The position numbers and the translations under genes are program-made. The notes beneath the pieces were generated by a model that saw only the letters and a program-made list of their open reading frames with translations, was not told the DNA's origin and did no database searches. Positions 25,089 through 36,605 of a stretch of 64,000 nucleotides of DNA are shown in pieces. This DNA comes from Chiloscyllium plagiosum (taxonomy: Eukaryota). The DNA lies in assembly GCF_004010195.1 (NCBI RefSeq), contig NC_057718.1, positions 11,861,640 to 11,925,639 on the forward strand, written 5' to 3'. Within the stretch, counting starts at the first letter, position 1. Each line of letters opens with the position of its first letter.

Positions 25089-25467
25089 TGTAAGGAAGGC
25101 AATGCCCTGACTAGAACCACGAGTATAATGGAGCCTCGCCACAGTTCATTCTGGTCTAAGATCAATCTGGTAGATCTGTTGCCAACATCCTCGTTCCTGG
25201 TTGAAATTTACATGACTTCCTCAACCTAGTTGAGGCTAATGAGAAGAAATTCTTGTTTTAAACAAGGTGAAATTTATTGCTTGATAACAATTAAACACGA
25301 GTTTTAGTGGATGAGTGACATTGTTGCTAATACAATGAGGGTGATCTCAATGTTAGGTCTTATGCCCTCATGATCCAAAGCTGTGCTCTCACATAAGCCC
25401 ATATCACACCACCATGTTAGGTGGTGCTTAATACACTCCTTAGCATTAAATCTTCCAGACCCTTACA
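25089..25467 (-). mobile_element. Solo-LTR-like element
   Basis: Bounded by TGTAAGG...CCTTACA, with AATAAA on the minus strand near 25275. No clean TSD. Confidence 0.55.
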
Positions 25468-25619
25468 TGCTTATACAACAGTTTGTCAACCTTTCAGCAT
25501 GGTAGAATGTGAAGCACACAGATAACCTTTTCCCCTTTTTGTAGGGCACAATTCTAGTGTATTAAATTAACATCATAATTCAAACATGTTCTCTGAAGGA
25601 GTGCTTCAGTTGACTTTAT

Positions 25620-26395
25620 TTGATTTATTTATTTATTGTCATATGCATTTTGAAACAAAATTCACCAAATTACAAATTTTTGTCACAAAATTACAAAATA
25701 CAGTGAAAAGTGTTGTGTGGTGTTGCCAGTCTACAGTGCCATCTTAAAACACAGAAAATAAAACAAAACATGGAATATAAAGGCAGAAAAATAAGAAAAT
25801 AAAGAAAAAGCGTTCAACTTTCCAGTCCTTCTTGTTAACTGTTCCACCATGGGCCATAGAATTGGTTGTCAATCACGAGTCCCTTCTGCCAGGCTGCCAC
25901 TAGAATGAAAGTCGCCACTCTATGATGCCATCTTGCTTCCATCAATGTCTTCGCCGCTATAAGTCCTCACTGGGTCTCACTAATGCAGACGTAACCAATG
26001 TTGATGGTTACCGCACCGGCCCAAACTCGATTCCGCCGCCACCATGAGTCCACTTTGGGACCACCTTGCTGATGCAGGCATGGCTGGACCCAAACTCTCC
26101 TCCACGGCCGTCTCCATGAATCTGTATTGGACACAGACACCGCTGGGAACCCAACTCACCTCCACTGCAGCAGCCATGAGTTAGCGCTAATACCACCTCC
26201 TCAATGCAGAAGCTGCTGCAAACCCAAACTCACCACTTATGCAGCCAAAACGAATGAGCGCCATCATCACAACTGAGCTTTTCAATAAAAGAGAAAAAAA
26301 AAGCAAAAAAAAGAAAAGGTAAAAAAGAAAATAAATGGAAAGCATGCAGAGAAGATGAACCCCAGGCTCAGAAGCCCTATGCTTTCACCATAAGC
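25620..26395 (-). mobile_element. Non-coding retroposon with Rex1/Babar-like 3' tail
   Basis: Left end tttattgtca...tacagtgaaaag...gtgccatctta is shared with 37705 and 42670. Contains internal degenerate repeats. Confidence 0.6.
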
Positions 26396-26602
26396 ATGCT
26401 TGCTGCTTTGCAATAGTTTAGCAAAGGAAAGGGGGCGCATGGGACACATTGGCGTGTTACGAGAGCCTTGGCATTTTCTGACAGCTTCAAAATGTTTGCA
26501 TACTTCCCAAATGAATGAGAATCTAAATAGGCAATGCAAACCAATTGTTGTAATTTGGGATATTAGTCCTGATCTTTGTTGGAGAGGAAACTATTGATAT
26601 AA

Positions 26603-27527
26603 ATAGAACATAGAACATAGAAGAATACAGCGCAGTGCAGGCCCTTCGGCCCTCGATGTTGCGCCGATCCAAGCCCACCTAACCTACACTAGCCCACTAT
26701 CCTCCATATGCCTATCCAATGCCCGCTTAAATGCCCATAATGAGGGAGAGTCCACCACTGCTACTGGCAGGGCATTCCATGAACTCACGACTCGCTGAGT
26801 AAAGAACCTACCCCTAACATCTGCCCTATACCTACCCCCCCTTAATTTAAAGCTATGCCCCCTTGTTGCCTTCACATCCTTCCTATAGTATGGCGACCAA
26901 AACTGCACACAATACTCCAGATGTGGCCGCACCAGAGTCTTATACAACTGCAACATGACCTCAGTGTTCCGGAACTCAATTCCTCTACCAATAAAAGCCA
27001 GTACGCCATATGCCTCCTTCAACGCACTATTTACCTGGTTTGGCAACTTTCAAAGATCTGTGTACATGGACACCAAGATCCCTCTGCTCATCCACACTAC
27101 CAAGTATCTGACCATTAGCCCAGTACCCCATCTTTTTTTTACTCTAACCAAAGTGAATCACCTCACACTTAGCTACATTGAACTCCATTTGCCACCTTTC
27201 TGCCCAGCTCTGCAGCTTATCTATATCCCGCTGTAACTTGCCACATCCTTCCTCACTGTGTACAACTCCTCCGACTTTCGTATCATCCGCAAACTTGCTC
27301 ACCCAACCTTCTAACCCCTCCTCCAGGTCATTTATAAAAATGACAAACAGCAATGGGGTCCCAAAACAGATCCTTGCGGAACACCGCTAGTGACAGCACT
27401 CCAAGATGAACCTTTGCCATCAACTACTACCCTCTGTCTTCTTCCAGCCAGCCAACTCCTAATCCAAACCTCCAACTCACCCTCAATGCCATACCTCCGT
27501 ATTTTTTGCAGTAGTCTACCATGGGGT
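26603..27527 (-). mobile_element. Young CR1 LINE, 5'-truncated, with an internal deletion
   Basis: KFADDTKVGG and RPHLEYCVQFWSP motifs, (CTATGTT)n tail, CpGs retained. Confidence 0.95.
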
Positions 27528-27739
27528 GATATGGTGATTCTTTATTCTTTTCTTCAGCAACAGTTTAATTTGTCAGTTTTCCCAGAGGAGTGACTGAGCA
27601 TGAATCGCAGTGTTTTACTCAATGTGTTCTTTTGGAGACTGGGTGCACTATAATTACAGTCACAATGTACTGAAAATCGTATGCTCAATTGTACATTAAC
27701 AGTACTCGAACATACACTTAGTGAAAATTTCAAGATTTT

Positions 27740-27855
27740 CTTCACCTGCTTTATCTGTTATCAGACTTTTGAATGGAACTCTGTTACATTAGTGTTGATC
27801 TTTCTCTGCAATTTGTCGGTATGTGTCACGCTGCATTCTGTTCCATTACCCTGAT
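27740..27855 (+). mobile_element. Rex1/Babar- or L2-like LINE 3' region, left part
   Basis: ttcttc...tgttatcagacttttgaatgga end-of-ORF pattern. Appears to resume at 28690. Confidence 0.45.
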
Positions 27856-28690
27856 AGAGTTATAGAATTGACAGAAAGTGAGGACTGTAGTTAGACAGCA
27901 TGGAAACACACCCTTCAGTCCAAATAGTCTATGCTGACCATGTTCCCAAACTAAACTAGTCCCATCTGCCTGCATTTGGCCCTTATCCCTCTAAATCTTT
28001 CCTGTTCAGGAACCTATCCAAACTGTGTTTTAAACATTGTAACTGAACCTATACCCACCACTTTCTCTGGCAATTCATTCCACACATGAAACACTCCCTG
28101 TGGAAAAATGTTCCCCCTCATGTTCTTTTTAAATCTTTCTCCTCTCATTTTAGAAATATGCCCCCTGGTTTTGAATTCCTTCACTCTAGGGAAAAGACCC
28201 TTGTCATTTACCTTATCTATGCCTCTCATGATTTTATAAGCCTCAATAAGGCCATGCGCTATACGTTATTGAAAACATTAACATCCTACATGCTATGGAA
28301 AAAATTCTCAGTCTTTCTAGTCTATTTTTATATCTCAAACCTTACATTCCCAGCAACATACTGGTAAGTATTTTCTGAATCCTCTCCAGTTTAATAATGT
28401 CTTTACTATAACAGTACTCCAGAAGAATCTTCACCAACATCCTGCACAATCTCAAAATTACGTTTCCAACTCCTCCACTCAAAGGTCTGAACAATGAAGG
28501 CAAGTGTGCTAAAAGCCTTTGTCAGCATCCTGTCTACCGGTGACACAAATTTCAAAGAATTATGTACCTGAACTCCTACGTCTCTCAGTTCAACAACACC
28601 ACCCAGGGTCCTTCTATTAATTGTATAAGTCCTGCCCTTGTTTGTATTAGAAAAATGCAAAACCTCACATTTATACAAATTAAACTCCAT
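27856..28690 (-). mobile_element. Decayed CR1 LINE 3' part
   Basis: MEFNLYKCEVLHF and TRGH...VWNELPE motifs, plus CR1 3' UTR. Confidence 0.9.
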
Positions 28691-28781
28691 CGTATGTACT
28701 TAGTAAGATATGATTTGCCTTAATAACACACAGAACAATGCATTTCACTGTATCTTGATATATGTGACAATAATAAATCAA
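28691..28781 (+). mobile_element. Rex1/Babar-like 3' tail
   Basis: tttcactgtatcttgatatatgtgacaataataaatcaa. Confidence 0.55.
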
Positions 28782-29034
28782 GTTGAGCTATCCAGGAAAG
28801 AACTTGATTAGTCCACACAGCTAAGAAAATATTTCTCATTTAATGTTACCTTAATATATATCAATCCCTCAAGTTCATATGTTACATGCTGCTCAATGAA
28901 GAGAACTAAACACTAGGGCTGCATTTTTGTTGTGGTAGTGGTAAGCTCAAATTGAGAAATCTCCCAATTCCATGGAGACTGGTCTGCTGAAATAACCCCT
29001 GCATGTATGGCTTTCACACCGAGAATAAAGTAAT

Positions 29035-29385
29035 TGTAGACAGGCAGGAGCCTGGAAAAACACAGCAAGCCAGGCAGCATTAGGAGGTGGAGAAGTCAAC
29101 GTTTCGGGTGTAACCTTTCTTCAGGACTGGGGTTAAGGGGAGCTGCAGATAAAGGGGGTGGTGGGGGGGAGGCAAGGTGGTGAGGTGGAGATAAGTGAAC
29201 ACAGGTAGAGGGTATGACCTGGTTGGTCAATGGGAAGAATAAATTCGCTTGTTGGTTAGAAGGAAGGGTCAATGAGAGGAATGGAAGGGAGTGGGGGTGG
29301 TGGGGTGGGTGGGGGAAGAGGCTGGGAAGGGATTCGGGTGATGGGAAGGGAGGTTATTTGAAATTGGAGAACTCAATGTTTTATC
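29035..29385 (-). mobile_element. 3' end of Neptune-like PLE with HHR
   Basis: ORF end NIEFSNFK*, pyrimidine-rich UTR, HHR at 29094-29128. Confidence 0.8.
29094..29128 (-). ncRNA. Minimal hammerhead ribozyme motif
   Basis: AGTC-CTGAAGA-A-AGGT-TAC-ACCC-GAAA-CG-TT-GACT, with a perfect 4-bp stem I. Confidence 0.75.
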
Positions 29386-29779
29386 TCTAAGAATAAAGCA
29401 ACGGGCAGGCAATGGAGTTGAGGAGGCAGTTTGGAGGTGGCCCCAGCGGTAGGCATGTGTCAAGGCAGGCTGGTTAGATAGTCTACTTTAGTTCTCTGAG
29501 ACATCAGTTCAGTTTTATAAAAAGCTGATAGGCTTTCTAGCCGTCACCTTTCACCCAATGGACACTTTCAAGTTCCCTGATAGCCCCATGCTATTTCTAT
29601 AATGGTAGACTTAAGGAGCCTGGAGAGTTGAAAAAAATTCTAAGAATCTAAGATAGTTCTCACTCAAACATACATATAACTGAAAGAAACACCCATCATT
29701 AAATCTACAGAAAAGCATTTTGGTGGATGAAGCAGAAATGCATTTTGGTGGTTAAAACAGTGGATGGAAAATGGGAGAC

Positions 29780-30578
29780 AGACAGAAGACAAATACAAAA
29801 GCTGGGTACATACCTATGAGAAATAAACATGGAGTATACAAAGCTAGAGTACTCTGGATGATCAAGGATACTGATGAGAACAGAATGATACCAGGAATGA
29901 GGGATTTAGATACAACGAAAGATTAGAGAAATTGGGCTTATTCTCCTTGGAGTAAAGAAGATTAACAGGTGATCTTGTTGAGGTAGGAGAAAGTGAGGAC
30001 TGCAGATGCTGGAGATCAGAGTCAAAGAGTGTGGTGCTGGAAAAGCACAGTCGGTCAGGCAGCATCCGCGGAGCAGGAGAGTCGACGTTTTGGGCATAAG
30101 CCCTTCATTAGGATTCCTGATGAAGAACTTATGCCAGAAACACTGACTCTTCTGCTCCTCAGATGCTGCCTGACCCACTGAGCTTTTCGAGCAAACACTC
30201 TTCGATCTTATTTGAGGTATCCAAAATTATAAACAGTTTTGCCAAGGTGAAGAAAAGTATTCCTTTTTTCCACTAGCTGGTATATCAGCAACTGGAGATC
30301 ACAATTTCAAGGCTGTCAGCAAGAAAGCTAGAAATAAAATAAGAAGAAATTTCTTTAGTCAGAGAATTGTTAGGATTTGGAATATGCTGCCTGGATGAGT
30401 GGTGAAGGTGGATTCCATGGGAGGTTTCAAAAGAGACCAGGATATATATGTGAAAACAATAAATTTAGAGAGCTCTGGAAATAGGGCTGGAGAATGGGAC
30501 TTGTTGTGTAGATCAGGAAATGGTACGAACACAATGGGCCAAATGGCCTCTTTCTGTACTGTAACTTTCTATGATCCT
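29780..30578 (+). mobile_element. Old CR1 fragment (host of the palindromic element)
   Basis: ERLEKLGLFSLE..RL.GDL remnant and CR1 3' UTR (aaatggcctc...ttctatgat). Confidence 0.8.
29986..30203. mobile_element. Palindromic PLE-pLTR-derived insertion with two decayed HHR motifs
   Basis: ~85-bp inverted arms centred near 30114. Imperfect TSD gatcttgttgaggta (29971-29985) / gatcttatttgaggta (30204-30219). Confidence 0.85.
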
Positions 30579-30856
30579 TAAAACATATTCAAAAATTATA
30601 TATCTCAAGTGGTTGATTTGTTATTAAAAATAAACTTGCATTCAGACCCTACATCAAAGACAGCTAATACTTAAAAGCCTCCTAAATTTGTCAATTAAAA
30701 CATAAACTCTGCCTCTTATTAAGATAAGTGCTTTTGCATTTTTGAAATTTAGTTAGGAATTCACAATGGGCTCAGCTGTAGTAACAGTCCTGAGAAAATA
30801 TCAACAATAAAGTCTCTTAAATCTGCAGGAACAGATGGTAATGCTTTTTTTCCTAG

Positions 30857-30898
30857 GCAACATCAAATGGGCTATCATTCGATGCACACTTGCAGCTG
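30857..30898 (+). other. Candidate 42-nt micro-exon, or enhancer core
   Basis: ttttttcctag acceptor and CTG|GTGAGT donor. Length divisible by 3 and open in all frames. No recognisable peptide. Confidence 0.2.
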
Positions 30899-32269
30899 GT
30901 GAGTTTCTTTATTTTAACTGACAGCTGCAGCCATTCTTCATGTGTTTAAAGGGCTGTGGATTTAAATAAGTTCATATAACCACACTTAAACAGACTTTAT
31001 CCATCCTTAAAGAACATTTATACTTTCTCCACAAATTTGCGACTCTTATGCTAACACTGAAGTCCCTCTGAACTGGAGACTGTTTGAACTCATTCCTAAT
31101 TTAAAGTGATTCTGCTAAGTTCTGGTTTCCCATCTGCGTGATTCATACCCCACCCGTTCCCTTGGCGGTGAAAAGGGGATCTGTCAAATAGAGGTGGGAT
31201 CTTCGCATCCACATTCTGCCATTTCTAAAGGCCTCTGTTATAAAAAACAGCCTTAGTCAATGGATTTACTTGATATATACTTGTTTACTTCCAAAAGCAA
31301 TTTTGAGAGGATAGATAAACAAAGATTTGTTATCACACTGCTAACACATTGGGCAGACTTTAATGAGGAAGTGCTGAGAGGTGAAAGGGTGATCATGCAC
31401 CATCTGCAGAGTGATTGGGAGCCCTGCATCTCCTCATTTTAGGTAATTAAGTTTCTCCCAAGTATTGAAGTGGTCAGCGACAAGCCTTCCCTGGGAACAA
31501 TTACACCAGGGGCAAAGTCCACACCCTGCAGAGCCACCAACTAAATCAAAGGCAGAAGGTCATCATTGCAGTTTGTCCCATTAAGTGAATGGTGGTAACT
31601 GCCTGTAATGTATCTGGGAAGCAGCCCAGGATACATGTCACAGGTGAATGAGGTGGAATGGGTGTCATTGTGGCAATAGTGTCAGCAGCAAGTGTAGGCA
31701 GGCTGCTCTCAGAAGTACCAAAATCCAGTGCTTCTCACTTTTCTGTTGTGATCACATTTAGATACTTGAAAACTGGCACAAGCCCTCAGTGAGAATTACG
31801 AAAGCAAGGACCTGTTATAGCGCAAATACAGCTGTTCGAACTCTGTCAGAGCTCCCCGGCAGCCACAAGAGCTTGCAACCCCTGAATGTTAGCTTGACCC
31901 CTACTAGACCTAATCTATCTAGTTCTGCTTACCTAAAATGATGCGGCTGCATGAAATCAATACTGTAATGTGAATATGTTCCTGCCTCAGTTTATCTGGG
32001 GCTGAAATCCTCATCCAAGCTTTTGTTCTTTCACTCTCAAGTAGTCTTTCCAAATAAAAGCCCAGCCTGCATGGAAAATAAATCTATAATTGCATAGTTG
32101 GATGCTTCTCACAGTCCAATGAGTATAATCTAAAAATTCTTAGCTAACCATTATGATATAGTGAAATTGTACTGACAATATTGTATGATCAACAAATTGG
32201 CTTTCTTACTCAGGATATAATTGCAATAAATTGATGTTAATTATGATATTTTACATGATAACAAGAGCT

Positions 32270-32610
32270 GGAGTTATAACCTAAGCTGGCACTCTAGCAC
32301 AGCACCACAGGATTGCAGCATTAATGTTAGCACTGCCTGGGGGTTGGAACATTAGCTTGAGGCCATAATGGCTGCCTTCAGATGCTCATTAAAGATTCCA
32401 TGGTTATGCTCACAAAACAGAGCAAGGAGTTCTTTCACTACCAAAAATAGATTAGCCGCCGTTACTGTTTGTGCAATGATACACCTCTCAATGCAAATGT
32501 TCCTCATTCAGCCATATAACAACACTGATTATATACAATTAATTTACTTTGAAGTATGAAGTGCTTTCAGATGGTTTTGGAAGATGTGATAAGATGTTAT
32601 AAAAACATAG
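32270..32610 (+). mobile_element. Old DeuSINE (SacSINE1/AmnSINE-like) copy
   Basis: Deu-core-like taaagattccatgg...agagcaaggagttc and tail aagtgcttt...gtgataagatgttata. Confidence 0.55.
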
Positions 32611-33802
32611 TTTTTTAATGGTTCTGGAATGGAAAATCTTATGCCATTTTGTGCAAGTTTACCTCATTAAAGATGATCATACAAGTGGGTTCACAATAGT
32701 AATATGCAGTGATCTTGAAGCCTTTTCCCAGAACTGCACCTTTCATCAGTGGAGCTAAACTTTGTGCTGGCATCCAGATTTGCTTGGATTGTCATAACTG
32801 ACTCCTTGACTAGCAATAACTTGAGACAACTTTATGGCTAGATTCCAGTTTTCTTTTTTCAACTTGGCTTCTAGTATTTCACAGGAGTCAAATGCTCACA
32901 AATGCAACAAAAGCTACAGAGGTATCATGCTCCAATGAGAATGATCTGAACTTTAGCCACACCACTAGTGTGAAGCTAATTCTATTCATTTTCTTCAAAA
33001 AGACAAGTGTGCTTCTGTTAATTAAAGGTTATTTGCTTCGAGAGAAAAAAAAAATAAGTATCCAGGAAATCAGGAAACACAAATAAAGCAAAAAAACTTT
33101 AATTTTGCTAGAGAAAATACACTGATAGATCATTTAAGCTAAGCAACTTTAATTTAAGAGGAATCAACTGGACTGTGATACTGTCAAGTTCAGGAGAGAG
33201 AGTGATGTTATAACTTACCAATCCAGCACAAAAAATTCAACAATTGATTCACCAACTGCTAACTTGAACCTAATAAAATATCCTCACTGGGAGGTTTACT
33301 CATACTGTCAAGGAGGAATGAAACTAATTTGGCAAGGGAGCTGGGCACAGGGTAGAAAATTTGGGAGCAGGGTCCAGTTAGATATAGAAGGAATTCTGGT
33401 ACATTCCAGTAGGTAGAGAAAACATGGGCATGATAAGGGACATGGGAGGTCTAGAAAGCTAAAACGTATCTATTTTAATGCAAGGAGATTGACTGGTAAG
33501 GCGGATGGATTTAGACTGTCGATGAGCACATGGGAATATGACATTCTTGCAATCATTTAAACATGGTTGAAGGAAAAGAAGGACTGGAAGTTCAACATTC
33601 TAGGGTATAGAGGTTTCAGGCACGATAGTGGGCAAAGTAAGAGAGGTGGGGACATTGCAATATTGATAAAGGAAACTATCACTGTAGTAATGAGATAGAA
33701 TGTCCTAGAATGTCTTCAAATGAAGCTACCAGAGTACAGCTTAGAACTAGAAAAGGGTGATTACTTTGCTGGGATTATACCTCAGGACTCAACAATCATA
33801 AG

Positions 33803-34104
33803 GAGAGGCACTGTGGCACACTGGTTAGCACTGCTGCCTCACAGCACCAAGGCCTCTGGTTCATTTCCGGCCTTGGGTTACTGTCTGTGTAGAATTTGCA
33901 CATTTTCCCCGTGTCTGTGTGGGTTTGCTCCGGTTTCCTCGCACACTCCAAAGGTCAGGTGAATTAGCCAAAGATATATTGCCCATAATGTTAGGTGCAT
34001 TAGTCAGAGGGAAATGGATCTGGGTGGGTAACTCTTCAGAGGGTTGGTGTGTACTTGTTGGGCCAAAACATGGCCTGTTTTCATACTGTAGGGAATCTAT
34101 CTAA
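33803..34104 (+). mobile_element. HE1-type V-SINE nested in CR1
   Basis: Family homology; aggaga duplicated on both flanks. Confidence 0.9.
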
Positions 34105-34650
34105 TGAGGAGATAGAGAAGCAGATATGTAGGCAAATCACAGGAAAGTGTGAGAGAGAAGCATTACAGTTGTAGGAGATTTCAACATTGCTAACATTAAT
34201 TGAGGATTGCCCTAGTGCAAAAGGATTAGACAGGGTTGATTTTTTAAAGTGCACCCTGGAGATCTTTTAATGCCAGTATGTCAATGGTCCTACTGGAGAA
34301 GGAACAATGCTAGACCTAGTCCTGGGGAATGAAGCAAGTCAAATGGTTTAAGTTTCAGTGGACAAGTATTTTGGGGATAGTATAATTGTAAATTTCAAAG
34401 TCATTATGGAAAGGAATAAGGATAGTGCAGAACTTAAGAGTCTAAATTGGGGGAAGGCCAATTTCAATATTATTTGACAGGATCTGGCAAACATAGACTG
34501 GGAGCAGCTACTTGTAACTAAGTCCTTTTTAGAAAGTGGGAGTCTTTTAAAAGTAGTATTGAAAATTCAGGGTCAGCATGTTCCTCTGAGAGTAAGGATC
34601 AAGGGTAGCAAGCCCAGAGAATCCAAGATGTCAAAGGATATTGAGAGTTT

Positions 34651-34834
34651 GCGGGCGGCACGGTGGCACAGTGGTTAGCACTGCTGCCTNNNNNNNNNNN
34701 NNNNNNNNNNNNNNNNNNNNNNNNNNNNNNNNNNNNNNNNNNNNNNNNNNNNNNNNNNNNNNNNNNNNNNNNNNNNNNNNNNNNNNNNNNAGTAATCTAA
34801 TCTAAAAAAAAGTAATCTAATCTAATCTAATCTA
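34651..34834 (+). mobile_element. Young HE1-type V-SINE nested in CR1 (middle lies in the N gap)
   Basis: GGGCGGCACGGTGGCACAGTGGTTAGC head, (TCTAA)n tail, AGTTTG on both flanks. Confidence 0.9.
34690..34790. other. Assembly gap (101 N)
   Basis: Direct reading. Confidence 1.
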
Positions 34835-35947
34835 AGTTTGATTTAAAAAAGGAAGCCTATGTTACGTACAGTACATTAAAAACAGGGAAGGCCCTCAAAA
34901 TACATGGTGGGTTGCTTGAAAAATAAGTTAGGATGACAAAGAGGGGCCATGAAATGTGTTTGGCAGATAGAATTAAGGAAAACCTTAAGGTATTTTATAA
35001 GCATTATAAGAGTAAGAGGATTACAAGAGAAATTGTAGGGGCTAATATAGACCAAAGGGGCAATCTGTGTGTGGAGCCGGAGGACATGGGTGAGGTCTGA
35101 ATTGAATATTTCTCATTCTTATTCACAGAATGAGAATGCATTGTCGCCGGGGTTTTCAGTTGGGATTGTGATTGTGAGTGTCTTGAATATGTTAAGATTA
35201 ATAAGGAGAAGCACTAGATGGTTTAGTGAGGACAAAGGTGTGTAAATTCCCAGGCCTGATGAGATATATTCCAGTCTTCTATAGAAAGCAAGGGAGGAGA
35301 TTGCTGGGGCCCTGGCAGAGATATTTAAGAGAGACTGGATAGATTGGGTTTGTTTTCCTTGGAGCAGAGGAGGCTGAGAGGGTATCTGATTGAGGTAAAC
35401 AAAATTATGAGGGGTGTGGATAGGGTAGATCATGAGAATCTTTTCCCCATGGCAGACATGTCTAAGAGTAGAGGGCATATGTTTCAGGTGAGGAGTAAGT
35501 GATTAACAGGTGATCTGAGACAAAAAGAAATTTCACCCAGAGGGTGGTAAATATATGGAACATCCTGCCTGACAGGTTGGTGAAGGCAAGTACTCTCGCA
35601 ATATTTAAGAAGCACCTGATGAACACTTAAAATGCCAGGGCACTGTAGGCTATGGAACAAATGCAGGTAAATGGCATTTATGTAGCTTACTGTTTATTGA
35701 TTGGTGTAGACATGGTGCCAAAGGGCCTGTTTGCATGCAATATGACTCTATCATAACATCCCATAAATATTGCCACTGAGCCGCATAACAAGTTGTTCAA
35801 TCAGATGACCAAGGGCCCAGTCAAAGAGGTAACCTTTAAGGAGGATTATTCATTCAATTTTAACTTTAAGGTGAAACAGACATGCAACCAGACAGTGACA
35901 GAGCATAGCTGACTCCGACTGAGAAACTGGCATGTAAACATTTTATG

Positions 35948-36082
35948 GAGAAAGTGAGGGCTGCAGATGCTGGAGATCAGAGCTGAAAATGTGTTGCTGG
36001 AAAAGCGCAGCAGGTCAGGCAGCATCCAAGGAACAGGAGAATCGACGTTTCGGGCATAAGCCCTTCTTCAGGAATGAGGAAG
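35948..36082 (-). mobile_element. 135-bp PLE-pLTR-derived insertion with an intact HHR core
   Basis: Perfect 12-bp TSD AAACATTTTATG (35936-35947 and 36083-36094). Minus strand reads CTGAAGA-A-GGGC-TTAT-GCCC-GAAA-CG-TC at 36044-36071. Confidence 0.9.
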
Positions 36083-36124
36083 AAACATTTTATGCTTTTA
36101 ACAGTTCTTAGGCTTATGTTAATT

Positions 36125-36445
36125 TGTTCACAAGATGACAATTCTGGCAAAGTAAATATCTATTGCCAATCCTAATTCCCTTTGAGAAGATGCTGGTAAG
36201 CTGTCTTGAACAACTGCAATCTGTGTGCTGAAGGTATTCCCGTATGCTGTTCGGTGATGTTTTCTGTGATGAGGTAAAAGGGCAATATATTCTCAAGTCA
36301 GGATGATGTTAATTGAAGAGGAAGTTGGTGGAAGTGGTGATCTCATTCTTCTGCTGCCCTTATTTGTTTCGATTGTACAGCTTGCAAATTTGGAAGGTGC
36401 CATCAAAGGATGCTTGACAGGTTACTAGAGTGCACTTTGTAGACG
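36125..36445 (-). mobile_element. Old CR1/L2-group LINE 3' end
   Basis: Homology to 21510-21840. Confidence 0.65.
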
Positions 36446-36605
36446 GCTTCCTAATAGAAATAGCTGCAGAGATAGTGGATGCATTGATTGCAATTTTCCA
36501 AAAAATCCTTGAATTCTGGAGAAAGACCAAAGGATTGGAAAACTGTCAATGTGATACCCCTTTTCAAAAAGGGAGGGAGACAAAAAGCTTTAGGCTAATT
36601 AGCCT

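Larger units (their letters stand above)
33275..35752 (+). mobile_element. Long decayed CR1: end of ORF1, APE endonuclease, RT core deleted, 3' UTR
   Basis: NILTGRF (ORF1 end), IYFNAR, VVGDFN and LDLVLGN motifs. Jump at ~35328 from AEIFK to RLDRLGLFSLE. Confidence 0.9.

Noticed and set aside
29986..30203. Palindromes as pre-miRNAs or DNA-transposon MITEs
   Set aside because: The arms are asymmetric and match PLE termini with HHR motifs, and the TSDs are long and variable, which fits retrotransposition.
33219..33269. Minus-strand 51-nt exon-like segment (ttttattag|...|gtaagt; FKLAVGESIVEFFVLD)
   Set aside because: The acceptor abuts a CR1 boundary, the pyrimidine tract is short, the peptide is unrecognised and there are no partner exons.
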